Positions 48,640-60,800 of a stretch of DNA of 64,000 nucleotides are shown piece by piece. Within the stretch, counting starts at the first letter, position 1. The number at the start of each line of letters is the position of its first letter. The notes beneath the pieces are model-generated. The model made no database searches and was not told where the DNA came from. It was given only the letters and a program-made list of their open reading frames with translations. The position numbers and the translations under genes are program-made. The stretch is taken from the NCBI GenBank assembly GCA_000708835.1, contig DF236967.1, positions 124,001-188,000 of the forward strand, read 5' to 3'. The stretch is from Klebsormidium nitens (lineage: Eukaryota; Plantae; Klebsormidiophyceae).

Positions 48640-50639
48640 ATGGCGGCGAGGAAGGACACAGGGGTGGTTGCGGGCCTGGCCGTGTTGAACGCGCTCATCA
48701 TCTTGACCAATGTGGGCATTATCTCGTGCATTGTCGACAACATCCTGAGCGACAACATCCACAAAAGTGAGTCATCGGCACATTGGGCCGGACATGAGTT
48801 CAGAAGGATTGCATTATTTCTCTGGTGGTGTTCTTTGCTTTCTGTAATGAATCGTCTTGGTGAGCAAAGGAGTAAGTCCAGCTACTAACGTTCTTCTGCA
48901 CCAAAAATTGACTTCAGGGAACCAAGGGAAATGATAGCACTAGGCTCTCTTGTCAACATTAAAGAAGTGGAGTGGTTTGCAACCACGAACTGACGTTCTA
49001 TTGGACTGCTCGGAAGAGCGTAATATCATGGGCTCTTCTGTTCTTGAAAGGCCATGAAAAGCCCAGTTGAAAGGAGGGAACTACATAATGCTGCCAGCTG
49101 CCAGAACACGTTTGCTTAGCTAAGAGAGGGTTCACAGATTGCAGTAGTCTCCCACTGCTTTCCTCTTTTGATTGTACTCATAGCTGTGCTGTTAGGCAAT
49201 GTCCAGCAGTTGGCAGGTCATGCTATCCACCCACATCTCACCAAAACGAGTGTTCTACCGATGCAGACTCCACACCCAATGCGGCAACCACATTCTTGCT
49301 CATCTTCAGCGTCAGTGGGGTGTTAATTGGCGCCACCAGCGCATTCCTGGGGCTTATTCACAGCGTCCAGAGGGACCACGCTCTGCGGGCGGTCGCTTTC
49401 GGTCTCTCCTTTGCCGCCACCATCTTCTACGTTTTGTCACTAGGGTGAGTTTCTTGCCAACTAGGTTCGGGGTCAAATTGCTTTTGGCTGAACAATTGGA
49501 AGCTTTAATCGGAGTATGTGAGCTTCCACTCACTACAAAGCTGTTTGGAACTTTCTGGCAATGCAGTCTTTCAACTGCGGCTTGCTCATTCTTAGTTGGG
49601 GCAGCTAATATTGAAGAGCTGGCTTTGCGACATCAGACTGTTCATTTCGAGATACATTTCGAAAAACCTAAGAACAGCCTTCCGGTTCTTGATCGCGCAG
49701 TTCGATCAAAGTTCTGAGATACATTGTTCGAAAAGAGTAAGAACAGCCTATCCTTCCCAATCACGCAGTTCGATCAGAGAAACTCACCCTGCACAATTTG
49801 GATAAGCCGAAGCATACCGTAAATGGAATTCACCTTTTTGAGAAGCCACAAGCAGTATTATTGACCATCATTTAAGCATGGCGACTTCAAACAGAATTCC
49901 ATACATTTGGGCACGGGTCAAAATACTCATACAAGTTTGACCCGTGTGCAGCTTCGGGGCGAAGCAGACAAACCTAAAAGGCGAAGGGAGCCTTGAGGTA
50001 CGTACTCTTTTGGGGATGGTGAACAGTACTTTGCCTTGCCGTCTTTTGCTGTCGTCTTTGATGAACATCGATAGGTCAAAGCCAATGCTCGTACGCTGTG
50101 ATGTGGAAAGTGGTTGGAAGAGTCGCCCGTGCTCTTGACAGTATCAACGAGCAGTGCACCGTATTCTTAATGGCACCCTTTTGATATGAACCCGTTACTC
50201 GTACAACAGCGTATGAGTCGTTCTACACGGCCAGATGGCCCCTGTCCTGTCTTGGGAGACACTACTCCGCTCTTGTATCCTGCGTAAATCACTGCAAGCA
50301 CTCTTTTTGAAAGACATCGTAAGCGACCGTACCTCTGACCGTTTTCTACTTTATCCGCTTCGCAAAGCAGGCCGTCCAAAGGCAGTCCTCCTTCCGTCCC
50401 TGTGCGTGACAATTTCCGCTCATATCGGTAGCCTTTCGGCATCTGATCCGCTCTTGCTGAATCTTGCCTTTTTCGTCACGGTGCAGAAAGCCGTCTTTGC
50501 GCTTGACGTCATCCTGGTCGTCACCGGGAGTCTTTACACCATCCTGCTGTTCCTGGGACTCACCCACGACGACTCGGCCGGCCTCGGTGGCGCTCCCGCT
50601 GGGATGAAGGCGACACAATTCGACGCCGTGAAAGTGTAA
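48640..50639 (+). CDS. AWPM-19-like membrane protein, copy 1, ~167 aa
   Basis: Exons 48640-48766, 49267-49444, 49952-49997, 50487-50639 in frame; four hydrophobic segments. NAATTFLLIFSVSGVLIG, LSLGFGAKQ and VFALDVILVVTGSLYTILL resemble AWPM-19 motifs (GNGATFYF, AFGLACKE, LEAFVIIL) as I recall them. Confidence 0.7.
49649..49776. repeat. Two-copy ~65-bp degenerate tandem repeat in an intron
   Basis: gagatacatt..cgaaaa..taagaacagcct..cgcagttcgatca occurs at 49649 and 49716. Confidence 0.8.
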
Positions 50640-52651
50640 AGTATAGGCGACAGAAGGAGTTGGGGAGCTCACCTTTGTGACAGTACCGTGTTGGAAGTTG
50701 ACTGTAGAAGATTGTGTAGGAAGTTGTCTTTGGACGGAAGGGCCATCAGCTCAGAGCGTTGAAAGAGCTTGAACGTTGGATTATCCATTTTTCTCGAGGA
50801 ACAGGACTAATCAAAGCCACGAATCTGTGCTTTAGCAGAGGTACATAACGAGCGAATCAGAAAGGATTCTGCAATTTTCGTCCGCACAAGAGTAGCTTTT
50901 CATGAATTGTGGAAGTTTAATCAGCCCCGTTTTCAACAAGTGAAACGTTGCTTTCACGAAGCGGTCACTGTCAAGCTCTCCTGACACATGGAAAAAGATG
51001 GAGAAGCGAACCTCCTCATGACTGCCCGCAAACGCTGGCACCTTGACATCACGATGCCACATCAAACATCTCTTTGTAGCGACCCTGGCTTTGGCCAATG
51101 CGAGCCTTACGCGTGGCACGACTGCACCTCTTTGACAAACGATTGTTGATTGTGATCGGGCAGCAGTGAGGATGCCTCACCAGAAAGTTTCACGCTTTTG
51201 CTCTGGTGGAATGACGCCTGCATCCAATTGTCCATAGCGAAAGTTTTTGCGTGTCCCGCACTTGGGCCTATGAATTATACCCGATCAGGTTAGAGCGCTC
51301 GTGAGTAGTCAAGTAACTCCTGACGTTCGGACGCCCTTTGGGTCGGCCCATGGCGAAATGTACCATGCCAATTAATATCGGAAACGTCACGTGCGCTTCA
51401 GGAGTCATGCAGGCCTCTGGAAAATAAAGCGACCTGGAGACCGCGACGCGGGGCGTCAGCAGCGTTGGGTCCTCGAGTTCATCACATGCGCTACAAATCC
51501 CTCGATCGAAAGCGAATGAGGCGTGAAAAAAGGGCCTTTGACAACGACACGTGCATGTGCATCGAACCGAAAGACGAATCAAGTGTGCCGAGGCGAAGCA
51601 AACAGAGTGCTGCCGGCCTCTTCTCGGTGGGACACTTTCGCTCGTTGACCAGACGTTTTCCAAGAGCTTTATCAACAATTTGCTGACGTTTTTAAAAGGA
51701 CCTCTACACTCTTACCCCTCTCTGCAACCATTCCTCTTTACAGTCAATAATTTTGAGTCAAGAACGACGCTACTGAAGGCAAGCAATTCTCGCGGAGGAA
51801 TTGCTGAAAAGGCGAAGTGGATATGTATACGGAGCATGTGACACTCGTTGGGACTTTGGTCGTAGAGTTCGTCTTCCAGAAAAGTGAGCATCGAACCAAC
51901 TCTTGGGATCTGCTCTGTATTGCCAGCGGTGCGGCTTTCAAAGCTGGCATCCACCCGTAACTTTCTGCAATGCTTTTGAATCCTTCACGAGCGCAATTAA
52001 CGCCAGGTACAGTTTTGGGTTCGAAACAGCCCGGAATCTGAACGGCTGCTGTTGAGGGCTTTCTCGAAGTGGTTACTTCAGGATGTACTATCAAAGCTGT
52101 GAGTAGCTCAAGAGGTTTTTCTATCCAGGCGTCTTAAAGCTGATGACCTTTCGTAACGACCCTGGGCGGACTCAAACTCCGGGCAAGTTGACAGGCTTTG
52201 CAAGAGCTTTTCGGAGCTGACGCGCGCCCGGCTATTCGTTTGGACTTTCCTTGAAGTGGCAGGTATTACTGCCTGAAGCTATGATGCGGGTTAAGGTCTT
52301 GCAAGATCTGGGGAATGAAGTGGAATTGCAAGGAAGATCCCAGACAGAGCCTTGGAAGAGAATGTAGCAGATTTCATTTTCACCACCTGGATTGCAAACC
52401 TGACTCTGATTCCTATTCCAGAATGAAAGCAGATTGGAGGCCCGAGTGGTCTTGAAAGCGTGCGATTCAGTCCCGCCAGGAATCCAGGTCCAGAACACCG
52501 GTTTTTAAAAACCTTGAAGCAGTAGCTCATATGCGGTTGCAAACGGGGCCCTCTTTCACACTGGTACTGTCCAAGCGAGCAAGCCTCTTCACAACCAAAC
52601 CCTGCAAGACTACTCACAGTTTTCTAACGAGCTTTCTTTTAGTTGTTTCAG

Positions 52652-53983
52652 ATGCCCCCCTTGACGCCATGCGGGTGTGTTGGCTCATCTCCAGCGTTAG
52701 TGGGGCGTTCACTGGCGCGACCGCGGTGTTCCTGGCGCTTATTCACACCGTCCGCAGGGACCGCGCGCGGTGGGCGGTCGTCGTGGGCCTTTCCTTCGCG
52801 TCCAACGTCTTCTACATCCTCTCGCTGAGGTCAGCCGTAATATTTCTTCGTTCTGGGGAAGTTATAAATACGGCGGTTTCAGTATCACCATCTCCAGGGC
52901 AGGCCACAAACTCTGAGGAGACTTCCGCAGTCGATTTCAACGAACCTCTGAATGGTTTTGGTGGGCCCCTGATGGGTCTGATGGGCATCTCTGCTAGCGT
53001 CCTGATTTTGAGGATCTTGATTCCAGTAGAATTCCCCTTAAATTCCTCCGCTCTACATGTCTGAGACGTGCTTTGCACCCAGTGTATTGACACCTGCTGT
53101 CAGGAACTCAACCCTTTCTCGGGCCCGTATTAAGGACACTATTCTAGCCCAAACGTTGTCCGATGTGGCCGTCACTGTCTTTACCTCGTCGAACGATTGG
53201 AGTGAGAGGATAAAGGTAAAGCTCGCTCCATAAGCGGTTGAAATGTTGAGGTCATACGCACCAGATAATGGTTTCAAACACTTTTGGCCAATAGTGGCAA
53301 AGTTTTGAGTCGCCGCATCTTGGAGAAGAGAACGTCGATTCGATGCTATCCGAATCAGGTAACGGGAACAGGTCTCGTCACGTGATCCATCTTGATGCCC
53401 TAGGACCTCCACTCTTTGCAGCTTCGGCGCACAAAGGACCGAAATCATGGTGGCCAAGAGCATGGAGGTACGTCCTTTCTGCACAAACTCTCGAAGTAAG
53501 CTACGACGTGCCCTTCGTTCTTGTCTTTCACATCTCAGCTACTGGCGGGCTGATACGTTTCCTAAACGGCTTCTGGGTACGGGAGCCCTGCTACGGTCAA
53601 CTTTCCAGGAACTTTGTTACGTTCTCGGTAAGGCCCCCTCCGGCCCCATAAGTGCCTCGGAACACCTCAAGTGCCACCTCGAGTTTGCGAGCTCCTCCGA
53701 ATCACCTCGCAGTCAAATAGGTCTCGACTTTTCTTCTGTGCACATCTTGCGAGGAGATGTCTTCTGAAAGCTACCTGATTGTAGCCACCCAATTGGGTCA
53801 TTCCTTGGCTGCCGCTGCTCGCAGAACGCCCTGTTTGCGCTCAACATCGTCCTTTTCGTCGTCGGGAGTATTTACACCACCTTGCTGTACCTCCGTCTTC
53901 CCGACGATGATCGGAGCGGAAGAGGCGTCGTGGCGACCCAAATCATACGCCCCAGGAAACGCTTCCGTTCCGTTGGAGTGTGA
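52652..53983 (+). CDS. AWPM-19-like membrane protein, copy 2 (first exon unresolved)
   Basis: Exons 52652-52829 (178 nt), 53422-53467 (46 nt), 53825-53983 match copy 1 exons 2-4 in phase, sequence and, for the first two, exact size. Weak candidate first exon 51823-51883. Confidence 0.65.
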
Positions 53984-54839
53984 AATCGAATCTAGGGTAC
54001 TGCTTGTCGTGATTCGTGATGGGCCTGACCATGAGAAATCTATCCTGCCGGCCATTGAGGTGTAAGTTTTGAATGTCATTACCCAAACTAAGCTTACAAC
54101 CCTTAGTGTGCGGCGGCGCATGTGGGCCTCCAACTAAGCATTGGACTGGGCGGTCTGCCCTTCCATGTCAGTCAGTGGGGCGGCGGGCCAGGGCCGACGA
54201 TTGCATGACCAGCTCACATGCAACCATACTGTGAGCATTTACCAGACTATAGTAAAACCTGAAGTTAAATCTCTGAATTAATTGGGTGACGGTTCTCTTG
54301 AGTTCCGATTAGAGTTCATCAGTTTAAGTTAGTACACCTTATTTTGCCGCCTCGCTTGATGCACTTACGTAAGTAAATCGTTCCCATTGTAAGTTGGGTG
54401 CAGAGAGCTGCGGAAATTGTTGGCGGCCAAGACTGAGAGCTTTGATCAATATCATGCAAGATGCGACAGTGCGCAATCGTACACCGCCGCCAGCTAGATT
54501 GCAGACGAGTGCAGCTAAAGTCGTCGTGCGGGGTGTAAAGTACTGAATTCAAGTTCGCGATTTGTTGTAGTTGTAAATACAACTCCGTACCCGCCCGGCC
54601 ATCGCCAGGGCATCATGAAAGCAGGCCCGCAATCAGTCTGAATCAGTTGCACATGGCGGCAGGCACCACATATGACATGCACGATGCACTACATAGGCAC
54701 TGCATAATGCACCCATGACGCAAGTGCTGGCCGCGGAGGAAACAGGAATGCATGTCAATCTGCTTCCAAGCGCAATGCGCAACTATGGAGCAATACACTG
54801 ACTCTGCATTTACAACGTGGATTGGCAGCGAGACCCAGT

Positions 54840-57800
54840 TCAATCATCTGCCACGTCAGCCTCACTGTCGCTGACGTCGCTCGTGTCCGCCATTTTGGAT
54901 ATTCTCCGTGCATCTAGACCAGACATGTACTTTTGGGCTACTTGCACAGCCGAGTCCGAACCTGCACAACACATCCGCCAAACGGTCAATATGACAATCA
55001 CCAGTGGTAGTTGGATTAGTACGGTCTAGTTCAACCAGAATACACCGCAATCTGCATAATGTTCAAGTTCCTCATAAACAGCCACAATAGCTGTGAGGAT
55101 GTACCGGAAGCAAGTCATGACTCAAAACGACAGAAATCTCCACTTTTTAGGTCTACAATCCAAGCTGCAAAGAAATAGCGTCCAGAACAGCTGCCTTTTT
55201 CGGAGGCCTGTGGATATGATAGCTGGCCCGGCCTTCAGACTTGCAATCGAAAAATGTAAAATTCCCCCCATCAATGTGCCCCAAGGTTTCGGCACGTAGA
55301 CCAGCCACTGAAATCAGCTCGACAGTACATAACCCAGCAGCAGATGAGCAAGCTATCTCACCTTTCGTCAGTTGCAGCACATGGAGCGCGCATCGCTCCG
55401 CCGCCATCCTGACCGGGGTGTTGCCGTCCTGGATGCACTTGGCCATCGGCGGAACGACCAGGGCAGTGAAGGGAGCCAGGGAAGTCACGTTCGCCTGCGG
55501 GCCACGCAAGTCCTTTCTTTAAGGGCACACTTTGGAACCCAAGCTTACGAATTCTACGAAGTCTTGACCCAGCTGAGGATGACCAAAAAAGGGAACACAA
55601 GCTACTTCCAACACCGATGCACGCGTTTGGAACCGCAATGCGCATTCTCGCAGAGGACCTGCAAATGCGTACGGGAGCGAAGGGTATCTGCGTCCGTCGG
55701 AGTTGCCCATACGTGTTTAGCTGTACAACATACGAAGCGACGACGAAGGGAACAAGCTTGCCCAAACTAGCGTTTGATACACAATTGCAACTTCGCAAAC
55801 AGCGCGAGTCTAGTTATCCTTCAGCGCAAATCGGACGGCAGTCGAGGCCTGACCTTGGCGATGGTCTTGAGACTGGCCAGCGCTTGTTTCCGCACGTCGC
55901 TGGCCTCGTCCGTCAGCAGCGTGGCGACCACTGGCAGCAACTCCTGCAGAGAGGTCGCCCCCCCGGCCTGCACTTGGTGCGCCAGCAGCCGCCCCGCGCA
56001 CTTGCCTGCCGCCACCTTGACGGGGACCTGGCGGAAAGACAGAACGGAGTTGATACTTGAGAGCAATATTTTATTACTTGATCAACGAGGACTGAAAAGT
56101 AGAACCCTCTTACCCTTGGAAGGCAGAAATGTGTCTAGCAAACGGTCGAAGGTCGGGATCCAGCTTTCTTCGTATTGGCTGACTCGAGGTACGAGCGGGG
56201 GTGTCGTTTGCGGGGTCATCTCGGATGTAAAGCCCAGCGCCGAGATGCTTTTGTCTTGAAAGATATCAAGTCACGATAGAGCAGGCCAGTCTCACAACAA
56301 CGATCCGATTGAACCCAACCCCTCGAAATCTCCCCTAACTGCTCAATGTCCGACCGCGGCCCCACCTTATCGTCGGCGGCCCTCCGCTTGACGGTCGCCA
56401 GAACCGCCTGTAACCGCGCAGGCGCAGCGGCGACCCGCGCCGCTGAGTGGCGCAGCAAGGATGCGAGAGCGAGGGTGGTTCCGTGTCGCAGCGTCCAGGG
56501 TTGCGATGACGCGGCCGCTGACGTGGCAGAGAGGCTTTGGAGCAGGTCTTCGTATTCGGAGTCCGGGCAGTGCTGCGAGGGGCGAACGGGGACGCGCTGT
56601 TACTTGGCAAGGGGTGATAAGGAGTCCCAGCTTTGCTGTAGATTAGGGAGGAGGAATGCAAGCAAGTCTCTGAAAGTGACAGCTGGTTTTCAAGCGGCAA
56701 GGGGCACACAGACCATCACAACGGAAAGACTTAGGAAGCAGGAACAAACAAGAAGGTTTTTGCTCTCAAAGCTCGTAACCAATGCAACAGGCAGAGGGAC
56801 TCAAAGTCTTCCGACTTTCTGAACCAAGGCAACCTGCTCTGCAAAAGTTCACTCTATACAAACGTCGGCCCCGAATCCGAAGCACGCTGTTCCGCTCACG
56901 TCGGAGAGCGCCCCTAGCGTCCTCGCGGCCAGCCCCCGGAACTCGTCCTCCTCCGCTCCCAGCAGCTCTCGCAGGGGGGGCACCACTTTCGCGTACGCCC
57001 CCGCAGACACAGACTTGCCCGCGTGCTTGAGCACCCCCCGGAGCGCGGAGAGCGTCGCCTCCTTTACCCCCCCCTCGCTGGCCTGGACGCTCGAGATGAG
57101 GTCGATAACCAGAGGGTCCACCTTGGGATTCATGCCCATGAGTCGGCCCAAGGCGCGTGCGGCACGCGAGCGGACGGTCCTGCAAAACGAAGGAAGTGTA
57201 TCGGCAAGAGTCCAGAAGAACGAATTTGCCGCCAGGCTTCCGGAAAGTGATCTTGTGCAGGTTGACGTGCAGAGGGTAAGCAAACAAGGTAAGGATAGAA
57301 TGGAAGACGTTCGATGCCGAAAAGTGTGCTGGCTGGGAGCTTCCTTCGTCGGCAGAGAATCCTTTATGGACTACGTCTGCCGAATAACCGCCAAGTGTGT
57401 AACGCCGATCCTGCAAAGATCATTTCCGTTAAGTCATCTCCGAGACGCAGACCTCCATAAGCAAGCCCGTCACCAATCACACCCATCATGACGTCATCCT
57501 GACCCCGCACCTCCCGCCCCCTTACCTGGCTCCGTCGTTGAGGCACTTGACGAACGTGGTCTGCAGCTGCGGCAGGAACGGCTTGAGGCTGACCCCCCCC
57601 TTTGTGATCACAATGTCTAGCGTGCCCAGAATCGCGCTCTTGACCTGCCACGGGAAGCGGTCCCCGATGATCCGGATGAGCGGGCCCGTGATGGGCACCA
57701 CAAACGGCTTCAGCGCCGCGTCGCTCGTGACGTCAATCAGCTCGCCCAGCCCGTCGGCGGCCTGCTCGCGCAGCTCTGCGGAGCCGCTCATGAGGCCCTG

Positions 57801-60800
57801 AAGAAAAGGGGTTTAAATATCTTCGGGTTCCGAGTGCTTCAAGATTTGCTTTTGGGAATGCTTGAGAGGAGTATGGTTTCTGAAAGGGTCGGACAACGGA
57901 CATGTGATTCAATTCTGGTAGCAAGTCTGGGACAAGAATGAAGAAACGAGGTCCTTTCCGGATGCGGGCTGCAGTGAACTTGCGTTCATTGTCCGAAAAC
58001 TAACGCATAGGGAGCAAATGTCTTGAAAGCAAGCAAATAACAGGGCGAGGTCCTTCTGGATCAAGCGAGCTACGAGTATGACGAGCTAGGAACAACTCTC
58101 GGGCTTGCTTTCCTGACTTTCAAGACTAAGAGCAACTCAGCAGACATCAAGGAGGAGGAGCAACCAGGAAAACGAAGCAGCGAGAACTGGACAAAACGCC
58201 TGACCTCATGATCGCTTCGTGCCTCTTCATTAAAGCGCTATCGAACCTTCCATTCACGATCGAACTCCCTTGAATTTCAACAACTTGAAACCGCTGTCAG
58301 CCGCTCACCTGAAGGAAGACTTGCAGCACGGGCGTGAGCGCCTTGGGCAGGCAGAACCCGGGCACCAAAATCGGCCCGCCCTTCCCCTTCAGTTTCCGCC
58401 GCTCCACCGTCCGCGCGCTGTCGACCGCATCCCTCACTATCTTGATGTACGTCGGCATCGACTCCTTCGGAACCGTCCCGGTAACAGCCCCCAGCGCTTC
58501 CCAGGCCGCTTTCACGGTCGCCTCGTCGGGGTCCGTCAGCATGACGATGAGGGTCGTCAGCAGCGCGTCCGTGTGGTCCTCCAAGTCGAGCTTGGTATTC
58601 TTCGCGAAGAACGCCAGGAGCCCGCACGCGCCCCGCCGCACCGCCGCCGAGGGATCCCCCAGCAGCCGCAGGACTTCGGACATCAGCGCATCGAGCCCGT
58701 CGGCGTCCACTGAAAGCGCGACAGTCTGCGCGGCTTTCGACGTGGCCGATGCCAGCTCAGCGTCCTCGATCGCGCCCATCCCTTCGACCAGCGACGGGAG
58801 GATGGTTCCGAGGTGGTTAGCCAAACCCGGCCCCGCAACCTCCGCCAGCGCCCCTAGCGCGTGTGCGTTGAATGCGGTCATTGGCGGCTTGACCAGCTTC
58901 GGCAACACGTGCGGCAGAACGACAGCTGTCCGCACGCTCAGGATCTGTTTCAGCCCGCCGAGCGCGCTGGCCGACCCGCTCTCTTCTTCCAAGTCTTTCA
59001 GCAGCGCGGGGACAATCTCGTCGACGACCAACATGCCCGCGTTCTTATACAGAGCGCTGAAAGCCTGCCCGGCTGCCTCTTGCACCTCGGGGGACGAATC
59101 GCACAGCGCAATTCGGACGGCCGGGACGAGTTCGGACATGTGGGCGGTCAGCTGATGGCGTCCGGCGGAAGCGACGACTTCGCTCAGGCCCATACACACG
59201 CCCTGCCGCGTGACCCAGTTGTCGTCTTCCAAACCCTTCCGCAGAATTGGAATAATCGACGGCAGAACCCGCTCGCCCAATTTCCGCACCAGCTCCCCGA
59301 GCGACCGCCCGGCCACCTGGCGCCGCTCGGACGACGCGGACGCAAGGGAGAGGATGAGCGTCCGCATGAGGAGCGGCATGATCTCTTTCAGCGTGCGCGG
59401 CGTGTTGACCACGACCGTCTTCCACACGTGCAGCGCCGCTTGCCGCACGCTCAGGCTGACGTCAGACCGCACCATGTACACCGCCGCCAGAACCTCATTC
59501 CGCTTTTCCCGCCCGAGCACCTCGATGATCGCGCGCCCGTGCGCCTCCGTGCTCGCGCCCTCGTCGTCGCTGCCCCCGGACAGCTGCACCTTGCCGGACG
59601 TCCCCGCGACCTTGAACAGCAAATCGCCCAGTAGCTCCACCGAGCTCTGCCGGATCCGCCAGCTGTCGTTGAAAATGCCCTCCTCGATCGCGGGCAGCAG
59701 CAGCGGCAGCGACGTCTTCGCAAACGAGTCCACGAGCACACGCCCTGCCGACATCGCCGCGTCGCGCACCGTCTCGTTTTCATCGGCCAACCCGTCCAGG
59801 ATCGCGGGCAACACTTTCCCGAGGTGGTTCTCGAACTTGGCCCCGATTGCGCCGGGGAGGAACTTGAATAGCGTGATGTACCCGTCTCGGACGTACGGAC
59901 GCGCGTGCGAGCAGTTGGTGATGATGTCCGGGAGGAGTCGCTCGAAGTAGTCGGTGCCGAGTGCGGCCAAAACCTCGCTTAAACCCTGGGCGCCGCCGGA
60001 GCGCTCGACGGAGCTGTTCTCGGACTTGAGCGTTTCGAGGAGCCAGGGGACCAGGTCGCGGAACCTGTCCTCGCCCATGCCGCGGATGAGCGAGCCGAGC
60101 GCGCGCGCGGCCACAGTGCGCACCTCGGGAATGGGGTCCAACAGCACCTGGAGGACACGAGACAAGATGTTAAGGAGATACAACGAGAAGCTGAAGCGAA
60201 GAGGAGTACGGTTTAGCTCGATCGCGACCTTTTCAAGATAAGGTGCAACTTGTAGCACATGCTAGTTCCTTCAAGGGTGCGAGCAACCAGTTCGCTCCTT
60301 GCATGAGACTGCGGTGTACTGCGGTGTGAGAGCGGAACGGGGGGTAAAATTGTATCTCCCCCAGCTTAGTTTGCGGAGAGAATACCGAAACGGAGCTTGG
60401 CGGTTTTGCTCGCCAAGCGCTCGTCGAAACTTTCGGAGAGGCGAGAGGCTGCGATAAAAGCAACAAGATCTCATCACAGCACTCAACTTCAATCAGTTTC
60501 TGTCTACATCCAGGCAGGCCCAGAGGCTCACCTTTTTGAGCTCTGGCAGGAGAAGCTCGAGGTAGGGGATCATGTCCTTCTGCTCGTTGACGAGGCTGCA
60601 CATGTTGCCCACGATCTGCGCCGCCTTCTTCTTGGTGTCCGTGCTCCGCTCGCGCAGTCCCCGGTGCACGATGGGCACCAGCAGCGCCAGCGACGGCGCG
60701 TCCACGCTGTTCACGAACGTCGTCTGCGAAGGAACCGGCAAAATGCGTCAGCGGTGCCGGGGGATGACGTCACCCAGTGAACCAGCAAATACAGGAAGCT

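Noticed and set aside
47916-48764. 282-aa - strand ORF
   Set aside because: Its start overlaps AWPM-19-like exon 1 on the opposite strand and it has no recognisable motif; probably spurious, though not excluded.
58334-59950. Long + strand ORFs (273, 257, 246 aa)
   Set aside because: Antisense shadows of the GC-rich 1839-nt GCN1 exon (58309-60147).
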